Shown here: positions 51,499 to 61,203 of the stretch, one piece after another | Numbering within the stretch: position 1 is the first letter of the stretch | Layout: each line of letters begins with the position of its first letter | Source of the DNA: an uncultured Actinomycetota bacterium | Lineage (GTDB): Bacteria; Actinomycetota; Actinomycetes; Streptosporangiales; Streptosporangiaceae | Assembly: GCA_963737285.1 (NCBI GenBank) | Contig: CAVTRT010000001.1 | Location: forward strand, 290,578 to 354,577 | Reading direction: 5' to 3' | Length of the DNA: 64,000 nt | Translations under genes and position numbers: made by a program | Notes under the pieces: model-generated | Databases searched by the model: none | The model's input: only the letters and a program-made list of their open reading frames with translations | Told to the model about the DNA's origin: nothing

Positions 51499-51623
51499 GT
51501 TCTCCTCCTTGTTTGCGATCCTGGCCGCTCGGCAGCATGAACCGCCTGGCCGTGACGGGATTCGGTCTGGCCTCGGACTTGCTTAAAGGCCGGCCGAGTG
51601 GACCGTGCGTGACGGTGAAGTGA

Positions 51624-52214
51624 CTAAAATGCGGACTCGCTGAGCGTGCCCGTGTAGAGGCCGGCGACCGCGGCCGGGGGAACCGTGACCGTGAGGGTCG
51701 GGTCCCACGAGGCGACGTTGTCGCCGATCCCGGCAGTTCCCGATACAATTGTCTGGGCCGCGGCCGACAGCGTGATGGGAGCCTCGGACGTGGTGATGGT
51801 CCCCGACGAGGCGATGGTGCCGGGGTCATAGGTGACGTCGCCGGCCGGGATGGTCTCGGCCGGCGAGCCGGTGCCTGTGGTCCAGCTGGTTGCGGAAGCG
51901 CTCGCGGTCCAGGATGCAGACAGCAGGGCCCGGTTGTCGGTCACGGTGACGGTTCCCAGGAGCCCGGAGATGGTGCCGCCCGGCGCGGCACCGCCCAGGT
52001 TCACGGAGGCGGGAGCGGTCATCTGCAGGGCTCCGTTGGTCACCGTGAAGTTCACCGTCGTGCTCGGGTCACCCCCACTGGCAGTAGACGAGTACGCGAT
52101 CGCGGCCGGCCCGGCCGGCCCAGCGGCCGTCGCGGCTGACGCGACGCCCGGAGTCAGCGCGAGGCCCGCGACGGCCGACGCGGCGGCCAGGACGCGGAGT
52201 GCGGTTCTTGCCAT
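51624..52214 (-). CDS. Secreted WxL-like subunit 3
   Basis: GGGGG RBS, signal ending ASA; LGTVTVTDNR...WTAS, WDPTLTVTVP.AAVAGLYTGTL; closely matches the C-terminal domain of both giant proteins. Confidence 0.8.
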   Translation of the reverse strand: MARTALRVLAAASAVAGLALTPGVASAATAAGPAGPAAIAYSSTASGGDPSTTVNFTVTNGALQMTAPASVNLGGAAPGGTISGLLGTVTVTDNRALLSASWTASASATSWTTGTGSPAETIPAGDVTYDPGTIASSGTITTSEAPITLSAAAQTIVSGTAGIGDNVASWDPTLTVTVPPAAVAGLYTGTLSESAF

Positions 52215-52273
52215 GTAGTCCCCCTATTGGAGTCCGGTGCCCCAGCACCTTTGTTGCAGTAAGTGTTTACACC

Positions 52274-52288
52274 ATCACTCTGAGTTAT
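52274..52288. promoter_or_regulatory. BldD box (perfect consensus match)
   Basis: ATCACTCTGAGTTAT matches NTNACNCWGNGTNAN; 60 bp upstream of the subunit 3 ATG. Confidence 0.7.
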
Positions 52289-52383
52289 AGCAAGGGGTGG
52301 CGATGGTGACTTATGGCGGGGCCGGCGAGGCCGGAGCCGCCGTAGGGGAACAGCTACGAGTCGGTGCTGGGTCGGGGCGGTGG

Positions 52384-55300
52384 TCAGGACACGGAGTGGG
52401 TGATGGTGGCGGTGTAGAGGCCGCCGATCGCGGCGGCGGGCAGCCGCACGTCGATCACGGGATCCCAGGTGGCGAAGGTATTGCCGTTTACGTTAGTGGC
52501 GGTGACGACGGCCTGCGGGATGGCGGACAGTGTCGTGGCGCGTACGGCGGTGAAGATGGCCTGCCCGATGGTCTGGGTGAGCGTGGTGATGTCGTAGGAG
52601 GTGTCGCGGCGCGGGATGGTCTCGGCGGGGGTGCCGGTGCCGGTAGTGAACGGGGTGGCGGAGACTGTCGCGGTCCAGTTGGCACCGAATCCGCGGTCGT
52701 CGGTGACCGCGACGGTGCCCAGGCTGTCCTGGATGGTCCCGCCTGGTGGTGCGGCCCCTAGGCTGGCGCTGGCCGGGGCGGTGATGGACAGTGGCCCGGC
52801 GATGACGGCGACGGTGACGCCGCACTGGCTGGCGCTGGTTCCGGGCAGGCAGGTGCTGCCGGGCGCGGCCGAGGTGACCGTGTTGACCAGCATGTCGTTG
52901 CCGGTGTCGGGGTTGGCGACGGTGACTGAGTAGCGGATGGTAGCGGTGTCGCCGGGGTTCAGGCTGCCGGTCCAGGTCAGGACCGGACTGGCGTAGCTGA
53001 TGATGCCGGCGGTCGCGGTGGCGTCGTCGTTGTAGGCGGCGTCGGACAGGACGCCGACGAGGGAGTCGGTGACCTGGGCGGAGGTGTAGGGGGTCTGGCC
53101 GGTGTCCGCGACGGTGATGGTGTAGCCGACAGCGGAGCCGGGGGTGACGGTGCTGACGTTCGCGGTCTTGGTGATGGTCAGGGCCGGGATCAGGTCAACG
53201 ACTGTGGTGGTGCATGCGGAGCTGGTAGTTCCAGTGGGGCAGGTACTACCGGGGTCGTCAGAAGTGACGGCATTGACGAGGTGCTTGTCGCCCATGTCGG
53301 GGTTGCTGACGGTGACGGTGTAAGTGATGACGGCCGATGCGCCGGGGGCCAGGTTTCCGGTCCAGGTCAGGACCGGGCTGGTGAAGGAGACGGCGCCGGT
53401 CGTGGCGGTGGCGTTGTTGTTGTAGGCGGCATCAGTCAGCACGCTGTCTAGGGCGTCGTTGACGGTGGCCCCGGTGTAGGCGGTGGGGCCGGTGTCGGTG
53501 ACGGTGATGGTGTAGCCGAAGGTGGAGCCGGGGGTGGTGGTGGTCACGGCGGCGGTCTTGGTGATGGTCAGGGCCGGGATCAGCACGGTGACGGCGGCAG
53601 TGCAGCGCGGGTCGGTGCTGCCGCTCGGGCAGTTGTTACCGGCTGCGGCCGAGGTGACAGTGCTGGTGAGGGTCTTATCGCCGGCATCTGGGTTGTTCAC
53701 GGTGACGGAGAAGGTGACGGTGGCGGCGGCGCCCGGCGCCAGGTTCCCGGTCCAGGTCAGGCTCTGGCCGTCGGGGGCCAGGGCGACGGTGCCTGCGGTT
53801 GCGGTGGCGTCGCCGTTGTAGGTGGCGTCGTCCAGGACGCCGCCCAGCGGGTCGGTGACGCTCGCGCCGGTGTAGGTGACCTGCCCGGTGTTGGTGATGG
53901 TGATGGTGTAATCCATCGCCGAGCCGGGGGTGGTGCTGCTGACGCTGGCGGTGTTGACGATGGTGAGCGCGGACACGTTGACCGTGGTGCTGCAGCGGGG
54001 GTCGGTGCCGCCGGGCGGGCAGTTGCTGCCCGCCGTCGTCGAGGTGACGGTGCTGGCTAGGATGTGGTTGTCGGTGTCGGGGTTGTTCACGGTGACCGAG
54101 AAGGTGATGACCGCGGCGGCGCCGGGGGCCAGGTTCCCGGTCCAGGTCAGGGTGGGGCTGGCGTAGGTCACGGTGCCGGCGGTGGCGGCCGCGTCGTGGT
54201 TGTAGGCGGCGTCGTCCAGCACGTCGGGCAGCGGGTCGGTCAGGCTCGCGCCGGCGTAGGGGATCTGGCCGGTGTTGGTGACGGTAGTGGTGTAGGTGAC
54301 GGTGCCGCCGGGGGTGGCGGTGGCCGGGCTGGCGGCCGTGGTGATGGTCAGGCCTGGGGTCAGGACCGGCACGGTGAGCTGGCAGGGGCTGGTGGTGGTG
54401 CCGGGCGGGCAGGCGGACCCGGTGGCGGTGGAGCTGACGGTGGTGATGACCAGCTTGCCGCCGGTGTCGGGGTTGTTCACGGTGATGGTGTAGGTGATGA
54501 CCGTGGCGGCGCCGGGGGCCAGGCTCCCGGTCCAGGTCAGGGTGGGCCTGGCGTAAGACACCGTCCCTGCGGTGGCGGCTGCGTCGCCGTCGTAGGCGGC
54601 GTCGTCCAGCGCGCCGGACAGGGAGTTGGTGACGACCGCGCCGGCATACGGGGTCTGCCCGGTGTTGGCGATCGTGAGGGTGTAGCCGATCTGCTGGCCG
54701 GGCACCGCGCTGGCCGTGTTCGCGGCCTGCGTGATCGACAGGGCCGGGATCAGGACCTGCGCGGTCAGGGTGCAGCGGGGGTCGGTGCCGCCGGGCGGGC
54801 AGTTGCTGCCGGGCGCGGTCGTGGACAAGACCACGCCCAGGACCTTGTTCCCGGTATCGGGATTGTTCACTGTCACGGTGCCGGTAATCGTGATCGTCTG
54901 GCCGACCGGGATGCTCCCGGTCCACGACGCGCCGGTGGGGGTGACCATGATCGTCCCGGAAGAGGCGGTCTGGTCGCCGTTGGAAGTGGCGTTGGCGAAG
55001 ACCTCGGACGGGTCGGTGGCCACGGTGATCCCGGTGTAGGGGACCTGCCCGGTATTGGCCAAGGTCACGGTAAACCGGATCACCGATCCCGGCGTGGTGG
55101 TGGGCGCGCTCCAGCTGCCCGCCATCGTCAGCTGGGCCACCCCGACGGTGACCGAGCAGCGCGGGTCGGTGCTCCCGGCCGCGCAGTTACTGCGCGGGGA
55201 AGCCGACCTGACGGTGCTGGTGAGGATCTGGTTACCGGTATCGGGGTTGCTTACCGTGACGGAGTAGGTGAGGGTGACCGATCCGGTGGCAGGGACGGTA

Positions 55301-58300
55301 CCGGTCCAGGTCAGGTTCGGGCTGGCGTAGGTCACGGTGCCGGCGCTGGTGGTGGTGCCGGTGATGACGGCGGCCGCGTCGCCGTCGTAGGCGGCGTCAT
55401 CGAGGACCCCGGACAGCGGGTCGGTCAGGCTCGCGCGGACGTAGGGGGTCAGCCCGGAGTTGGCCACGGTGATGGTGTAGTCCACCACGCCGCCGGCCAC
55501 CGTCGAGGCCGTCCCGGCGGTCGCGGTGATGGTCAAGGTGGCCGCGTTGACGATGGTCAAGGTAACGGTGCAGCGCGGGTCAGTGCTGCCGGCCGCGCAG
55601 TTACTGCCCGGCGTCGGGGAGGTGACGGTGTTAGCCAGGATCAGGTCACCGGTGTCGGGATTGTCGATGGTGACCGAATAGGTGATGACCGCTGACGCGC
55701 CCGGCGCCAGGTTCCCGGTCCACGTCAGGTTCGGGGTGGCGTAGGTCACGGTGCCGGCGGTGGCGGTCGCGTCGCTGTTGTAGGCGGCGTCGTCCAGCAC
55801 CCCGGACAGCGGGTCGGTCAGGCTCGCGCCGGCGTAGGAGGTCTGGCCGGTGTCGGTCACGGTGATGGTGTAAGTGACGGTGGCGCCGGGGGTCGGGGTG
55901 GTCGTGCTGGCGGTCTTGACGATGGTCAGGCCTGGGGTCAGGACCGGCACGATGAGCTGGCAGGGGCTGCTGGTGGTTCCGGGCGGGCAGGTGGAGCCGG
56001 TGGCGGCGGAGGTCACGGTGGTGATGACGAGCTTGTCGCCGGTATCAGGGCTGTTGACGGTGACGGTGTAGGTGATGACCGCCGACGCGCCCGGCGCCAG
56101 GTCCCCGGTCCAGGTCAGGGTGGGGCTGGCGTAAGACAGCGACCCGCTGGTGGCCGCCGCGTCGCCGTCGTAGGCGGCGTCGTCCACCATCTGGGCGAAG
56201 GAGTCGGTGACCACCGCGCCGGCATACGCGGTCTGCCCGGTGTTGGTGATGGTGTCGGTGTAGCCGATCACCTGGCCGGGCACGGCGAAGCTGGCGCTGG
56301 CGGCCTTGACGATGGTCAGCGCGGGGACCAGCACGGTGACGCTGACCGAGCAGCGGGGATCGGTGCTCCCCGCCGGGCAGTCGCTGCCGGGCGCGGCGGT
56401 CGCCAGGGTACTGGCCAGCACCTTGCTCCCGGCATCGGGATTGTTGACGGTGACGGTGCCGGTGACCGTGACCGTCCCGCCGACCGGGATGCTCCCGGTC
56501 CAGGAGATCCCGGTGCTAGTCAGCGACAGCGTCCCCGACGTCGCCGTCTGGTCGCCATTGGGGGTGGCGTCGTCCAGCACGTCGGTGATGTCGGACGCGA
56601 TCGTGATCCCGGTATACGGCATCTGGCCGGTGTTGGTGAACGTGGCGGTGAACCGGACCACGCTGCCCGGGGTAGTGGTGCTCACGTTCGAGGTGTTCAC
56701 GATCGTGAGCACGGCCACGCTGACCGTCGCGGTGCAGGCCGTGGCGCCGCTTCCGGCCGCGCAGTTGCTGCCAGGCGTCGTCGAGGTAACCGTGCTGGCC
56801 AGGATCTTGTCCCCGGTATCGGGGTTGCTCACGGTGACAGAGAACGTGATCGTCGCGGTCGCCCCGACCGCCAGGTTCCCGCTCCAGGTCAGGTTCGGGC
56901 TGGCGAAGGACGCGACGCCGGCGGTCGCGGCCGCGTCGCCGTTGTAGCTGGCGTCGTCGAGCACGCCGGACAGCGGGTCGGTGAACGCTGCCCCGGTATA
57001 CGGAGTCTGGCCGGAGTTGGCCACCGTGACCTTGTAGTGCACCACCGAGCCTGGGGTCGTCGTGGCCGACCCGGCCGCCACGGCGATGTTCAGCCCGGGG
57101 ACCAGCACTGGAATAGAGCTGGCGCACCGCGGGTCAGTGCTGCCGGCCGTGCAGTTGCTGCCCGGGGTCGGCGAGATGACCGAGCTGGTCATCAGCTTGT
57201 CGCCGGTATCGGGGTTCTTCACCGTGACCGAGAACGTGATCGTCGCGGTCGCGCCGACCGCCAGGTTCCCGGTCCAGCTCAGGTCCGGGCTGGCGAATGA
57301 CACGCTGCCGGCGGTCGCGGCCGCGTCGCCGTTGTAGCTGGCATCGGTGACGACACCGGCCAGCTGGTCGGTGAACGTCGCGCCGGTATAGGCGGTCTGC
57401 CCGGAGTTGGTCACCGTGACCGTGTACCCCACCGTCGATCCCGGCGTGGTGCTCGCCGTATTCGCAGTCAGGGCGATCGTCAGGCCGGGCACCAGGACGG
57501 TCACGGCGCTGGCGCACCGCGCGTCGGCGCTGCCGCTGGCGCAGTTGCTGCCCGCGGTGGCGGAGGTGATGAGGCTGGCCAGGATCTTGTTCCCGGTGTC
57601 GGGGCTGTTGACCGTGACCGAGAACGTGATCGTCGCGGTCGCGCCGATCGCCAGGTTCCCGGTCCAGCTCAGGTTCGGGCTGGACAGGGAGATGCTGCCC
57701 GCGCTGGCGGTCGCGTCGCCGTTGTAGGTGGCGTCGTCAAGCACCCCGGACAGCGCGTCGGTGAAGGTGGCCCCGGTGTAGGCCACCTGACCGGAGTTGG
57801 TCACCGTGATCGTGTAGCCGACTGTCGCATTGGGCGTGGTCGTCGAGACGCTCGCGGTCCCGGTGATCGTCAGCACCGACACCGGGATGCTGACGGCGCA
57901 GTTGGGGTCGCTGCTGCCGGCCGCGCAGTTGCTGCCCGCCGTCGTGGACGTGATCGTGGCGGCCAGGACCTTGTCCCCGGTGTCGGGGTTGCTGACGGTT
58001 ACCGTGAAGGTGATGGTCGCGGTCGCGCCGATCGCCAGGTTCCCTGTCCAGGTCAGGTTCGGGCTGGCGAAGGACACGGTGCCCGCCGTGGCGGCCGCGT
58101 TGCCGTTATAGCTAGCGTCGTCCAGCACTGCGGACAGCGGATCGGTGAAGGTGGCGCCCGTCAGGGCGATCTGGCCGGAGTTGGTCGCCGTGATCGTGTA
58201 GCTGACCGTGGCGCCGGGGGTCGTGGTCGCCACGTTGGCGCTCGCGACGATGGCCAGTGCCCCGGCCAGGATGGTGATCGAGGTCGCGTGGGTGGCGGTC

Positions 58301-61032
58301 AGGCCGGCCGCGTCAGTCACCTTGACGGTGAAGTTGGCGGTACCGCCCGCGGTCGGGGTGCCCGCCAGCACCCCGGTGGAGGCGTTCAGCGTGAGGCCGG
58401 CGGGCAGCGTGCCCGCGCTCACCGACCAGGTGTAGGGAGCGGTGCCGCCGGCGGCGGTCAGCGTGTCGCTGTAGGCGGCGCCGACCTGCCCGGATGGCGG
58501 AGTGCCGAAGGTCAGGGTGAGGCTGGCGCCGACCACCAGCGTGATCGGCGCGGTGGCGATGCCGTTGTTCTTGTCGATCACGTTGACGGTGAAGGAGTAG
58601 GTGCCCGTCGTGGTCGGGGTGCCCGACAGGACGCCCGCTGAGCTGAGGGTGATGCCGGGCGGCAGGCTTCCCGCGTTCACCGACCAGGTGTAGGGAGCGG
58701 TGCCCCCGGCGGCGGTGAGGGTGTCGCTGTAGGCGCTGCCGAGAACCGCCGCCGGGGGGGCGGAGAACGTCGTCGATACCCCGGCGCTGATGGCGATGCT
58801 GGTGGCCTGGGTCGCGCTCTGCCCGTTCGCGTCGGTTACCTTGACCGTGAAGCTGGCGGTGCCGACCGCGGTAGGCGTGCCGGTCAGGTTCCCGTCGGCG
58901 CTGAGGCTGATGCCCGCGGGCAGCTTGCCGCTGCTCACCGACCAGGTGAACGGGCCGGTGCCCCCAGACACGGTCAGCGTGTCGCTGTAAACGGTGTTCG
59001 TCCAGCCGGCCGGCGGGGCCGGGAAGCTCAGCGACGGTCCGGCGACGATGAGCAGGCTCACCGCCTCAGTGCTACTCAGGCCGGATTGGTCGGTCACCTT
59101 GACCGTGAAGGAATAGGTGCCCGCGGTGGTCGGCGTGCCTGACAGCAGCCCGGTGGACGCGTTAAGCGTGATCCCCGGGGGCAGCGTCCCGGCGCTCACC
59201 GACCAGGTGAACGGGCTCGTCCCGCCGGTCACCGTCAGCTGGTCACTGTAGGCCACCCCGGCCTCACCGCTCGGCGGCGACGGGAACAGCAGTGCGGGGC
59301 CGGCGTTGTAGGTGTAGCTCCCGCTGCCGGCGATGCCCAGGCTGACGACGCGAACCTGAACCGCCGCCGCCGAGTGGCCAGGCATAGCGGAGATGTCCAG
59401 GCTGGTGTCGCTGGTCACGGTGAAGCAGCCGGGCGCCGACGACGCGCACAGGTTCAGGGTCGTCGGCGCGCCCGCCGTGAATTCCGCGGCCGTCCCGATC
59501 TCGATGGCCGTCGCCCCGCTGAGATTGGTGCCGGTGACCGTGACGTCATTGCCGCCTCCGGCGGCCCCGTTGGCCGGCGAGACGCCCGTGACGACCGGCG
59601 CGGCGGGCACGGTGCCGGCCGGGGCGCTGGACGATGTCGCCGGGCTGGCGTCGGAAGAGGACGCTATCGCGCTGGTGCTTGACTGGATCAGGGCCGGCGT
59701 GACGCTGCCGGAGGTCACCACCCCGTTTACGACAATGGTCCCGGCGGTGAACGGGGTGGTGCTGCTCGTGCACGATATTTGCTGTCCCGATGGCGCCGCG
59801 CACACCCATCCGGTGCCGGAGGCCCCGACCGGCAGGACACCGCTCGGCAGGGTCTCGGTCACCGTCACCGGCGAGTTCTCTGTCGCGTTCGAGGAACTGG
59901 CCGCGACCTGGTAGGTGACCGAGCTGCCTGCCGCCAGGGTCGCCGCCGCGTAGCTGGTCTGCGAGACCGCAAGCTGCGGGACGGGGCTCAGGGTGGTCAC
60001 GGTAACGTTATCGATCTCGTGATAGTCGGTAGATGCTCCGGTGGACGCCACCCAGCCGAACGCCACCTGCTTGGGGAACCCGCTCGCGGTAACCCAGCTC
60101 GCCGGGTAAAGCCCGGACGGAACCACCGGCAGGGCGCCGAGCAGGTTCCTGGCCGCGGCGCCCACCGGGGTGAAATGGACGTCGTAATCGCCGCCCGGCA
60201 CGACCAGCCCGGATGGCGTCGTCACGGTGGCCGAGCTCGGGTTATAGACCACCTCGACCGGCACCACCGAGCCGGCCCGCGTCGTGGCCCGCAGGGCCAG
60301 CGGCGGCGAGGTCGCTGTGGCCGCGCTGCTGTTCAGCGCGCAGTACCCGACGGTGCCGTTACCGGGTCCCCGCACCACGACCTGGCCGGTCATCTGCTGG
60401 GCGATGTTGGCCGGGTCGGTGCAGCCCGTTCCCTCGTACTTGTTGCTGAAGTTACCGTAGGTGTCGAAGCCGATTCCCAGGTAGCCGTCAGTCAGGCCGG
60501 GGGTGGTGGAGTTCTTGGCTGAGTAGCCAAGCGCCCCGCCAGACTGGCCGATCGTCGTGGGTACCTGCGGGTTGGCCGGGTTGACGGCGGCCAGCACGAA
60601 CGCGATGCCGTCGGCACCGTTGCCCCCGTACTGGTAGGAGTTGAAGGCGACGTCTAGGCCCTGCGAGGTGGGGACGCTCGCGTTGGCGAAGACTCCGCCC
60701 TCCTGGGTCGTCAGATTTGGCGTGAGCCGAAGCTTGCCCGAGCCCTGCGGGTCCGTTGCGCTCGTGCAACTGGCCAGCGGGTTGGCCGTGGCGTTGCCCG
60801 CGGCCGACAGGCACGCGGCGTTGACCCCGGTCGGTGACGCGGGCAGCGACACCGACCCCGCCGGGCCGTCGACGGTGTTGTCGTGGAACGGCTGATTGAA
60901 CAGCACCGTCCCCGCGCCAAGAGCATGGGTGGCGGACACCGTGATACCGACGGCGACTGTGCTGATCAAAAGCATCGCTGCCGCGGCCCGCGACACCGTC
61001 CGCCGGGTTCGCCGGGTTCGCCGGAAGGCCAT
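52384..61032 (-). CDS. Giant surface protein B (2882 aa): L-type lectin-like, Ig/IPT, 4 He_PIG-like, 14 DUF11-like repeats, C-terminal WxL-like domain
   Basis: Paralogue of protein A; signal RRTRRTRRT...THA; same lectin-like and repeat motifs; terminal GLYTATITHSVS. Confidence 0.85.
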   Translation of the reverse strand: MAFRRTRRTRRTVSRAAAAMLLISTVAVGITVSATHALGAGTVLFNQPFHDNTVDGPAGSVSLPASPTGVNAACLSAAGNATANPLASCTSATDPQGSGKLRLTPNLTTQEGGVFANASVPTSQGLDVAFNSYQYGGNGADGIAFVLAAVNPANPQVPTTIGQSGGALGYSAKNSTTPGLTDGYLGIGFDTYGNFSNKYEGTGCTDPANIAQQMTGQVVVRGPGNGTVGYCALNSSAATATSPPLALRATTRAGSVVPVEVVYNPSSATVTTPSGLVVPGGDYDVHFTPVGAAARNLLGALPVVPSGLYPASWVTASGFPKQVAFGWVASTGASTDYHEIDNVTVTTLSPVPQLAVSQTSYAAATLAAGSSVTYQVAASSSNATENSPVTVTETLPSGVLPVGASGTGWVCAAPSGQQISCTSSTTPFTAGTIVVNGVVTSGSVTPALIQSSTSAIASSSDASPATSSSAPAGTVPAAPVVTGVSPANGAAGGGNDVTVTGTNLSGATAIEIGTAAEFTAGAPTTLNLCASSAPGCFTVTSDTSLDISAMPGHSAAAVQVRVVSLGIAGSGSYTYNAGPALLFPSPPSGEAGVAYSDQLTVTGGTSPFTWSVSAGTLPPGITLNASTGLLSGTPTTAGTYSFTVKVTDQSGLSSTEAVSLLIVAGPSLSFPAPPAGWTNTVYSDTLTVSGGTGPFTWSVSSGKLPAGISLSADGNLTGTPTAVGTASFTVKVTDANGQSATQATSIAISAGVSTTFSAPPAAVLGSAYSDTLTAAGGTAPYTWSVNAGSLPPGITLSSAGVLSGTPTTTGTYSFTVNVIDKNNGIATAPITLVVGASLTLTFGTPPSGQVGAAYSDTLTAAGGTAPYTWSVSAGTLPAGLTLNASTGVLAGTPTAGGTANFTVKVTDAAGLTATHATSITILAGALAIVASANVATTTPGATVSYTITATNSGQIALTGATFTDPLSAVLDDASYNGNAAATAGTVSFASPNLTWTGNLAIGATATITFTVTVSNPDTGDKVLAATITSTTAGSNCAAGSSDPNCAVSIPVSVLTITGTASVSTTTPNATVGYTITVTNSGQVAYTGATFTDALSGVLDDATYNGDATASAGSISLSSPNLSWTGNLAIGATATITFSVTVNSPDTGNKILASLITSATAGSNCASGSADARCASAVTVLVPGLTIALTANTASTTPGSTVGYTVTVTNSGQTAYTGATFTDQLAGVVTDASYNGDAAATAGSVSFASPDLSWTGNLAVGATATITFSVTVKNPDTGDKLMTSSVISPTPGSNCTAGSTDPRCASSIPVLVPGLNIAVAAGSATTTPGSVVHYKVTVANSGQTPYTGAAFTDPLSGVLDDASYNGDAAATAGVASFASPNLTWSGNLAVGATATITFSVTVSNPDTGDKILASTVTSTTPGSNCAAGSGATACTATVSVAVLTIVNTSNVSTTTPGSVVRFTATFTNTGQMPYTGITIASDITDVLDDATPNGDQTATSGTLSLTSTGISWTGSIPVGGTVTVTGTVTVNNPDAGSKVLASTLATAAPGSDCPAGSTDPRCSVSVTVLVPALTIVKAASASFAVPGQVIGYTDTITNTGQTAYAGAVVTDSFAQMVDDAAYDGDAAATSGSLSYASPTLTWTGDLAPGASAVITYTVTVNSPDTGDKLVITTVTSAATGSTCPPGTTSSPCQLIVPVLTPGLTIVKTASTTTPTPGATVTYTITVTDTGQTSYAGASLTDPLSGVLDDAAYNSDATATAGTVTYATPNLTWTGNLAPGASAVITYSVTIDNPDTGDLILANTVTSPTPGSNCAAGSTDPRCTVTLTIVNAATLTITATAGTASTVAGGVVDYTITVANSGLTPYVRASLTDPLSGVLDDAAYDGDAAAVITGTTTSAGTVTYASPNLTWTGTVPATGSVTLTYSVTVSNPDTGNQILTSTVRSASPRSNCAAGSTDPRCSVTVGVAQLTMAGSWSAPTTTPGSVIRFTVTLANTGQVPYTGITVATDPSEVFANATSNGDQTASSGTIMVTPTGASWTGSIPVGQTITITGTVTVNNPDTGNKVLGVVLSTTAPGSNCPPGGTDPRCTLTAQVLIPALSITQAANTASAVPGQQIGYTLTIANTGQTPYAGAVVTNSLSGALDDAAYDGDAAATAGTVSYARPTLTWTGSLAPGAATVITYTITVNNPDTGGKLVITTVSSTATGSACPPGTTTSPCQLTVPVLTPGLTITTAASPATATPGGTVTYTTTVTNTGQIPYAGASLTDPLPDVLDDAAYNHDAAATAGTVTYASPTLTWTGNLAPGAAAVITFSVTVNNPDTDNHILASTVTSTTAGSNCPPGGTDPRCSTTVNVSALTIVNTASVSSTTPGSAMDYTITITNTGQVTYTGASVTDPLGGVLDDATYNGDATATAGTVALAPDGQSLTWTGNLAPGAAATVTFSVTVNNPDAGDKTLTSTVTSAAAGNNCPSGSTDPRCTAAVTVLIPALTITKTAAVTTTTPGSTFGYTITVTDTGPTAYTGATVNDALDSVLTDAAYNNNATATTGAVSFTSPVLTWTGNLAPGASAVITYTVTVSNPDMGDKHLVNAVTSDDPGSTCPTGTTSSACTTTVVDLIPALTITKTANVSTVTPGSAVGYTITVADTGQTPYTSAQVTDSLVGVLSDAAYNDDATATAGIISYASPVLTWTGSLNPGDTATIRYSVTVANPDTGNDMLVNTVTSAAPGSTCLPGTSASQCGVTVAVIAGPLSITAPASASLGAAPPGGTIQDSLGTVAVTDDRGFGANWTATVSATPFTTGTGTPAETIPRRDTSYDITTLTQTIGQAIFTAVRATTLSAIPQAVVTATNVNGNTFATWDPVIDVRLPAAAIGGLYTATITHSVS

Positions 61033-61156
61033 TCCTCGCCTCTTGTTCTGGTTGCCGGCCTAGGCCCGGGTGCGAGGCAGCCTTCCGCATGCCAGGCTCG
61101 CCTGGCCGAGCCGCGGACCACGGGTGCCTAGCGGGACGTGACGGCGCCACGCTACC

Positions 61157-61191
61157 ACTACTCTAAGTAATTAGGCGTTACTTTCGGTCAT
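61157..61191. promoter_or_regulatory. Two degenerate BldD-box-like sites upstream of giant protein B
   Basis: ACTACTCTAAGTAAT (61157-61171) and GTTACTTTCGGTCAT (61177-61191), 2 mismatches each. Confidence 0.4.
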
Positions 61192-61203
61192 CGATGTCGC
61201 GGG

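Noticed and set aside
40743-60522. Long plus-strand ORFs (e.g. 44421..46802, 54064..55695) opposite the giant genes
   Set aside because: Gly/Arg-rich antisense shadows produced by high GC3 codon bias; no motifs
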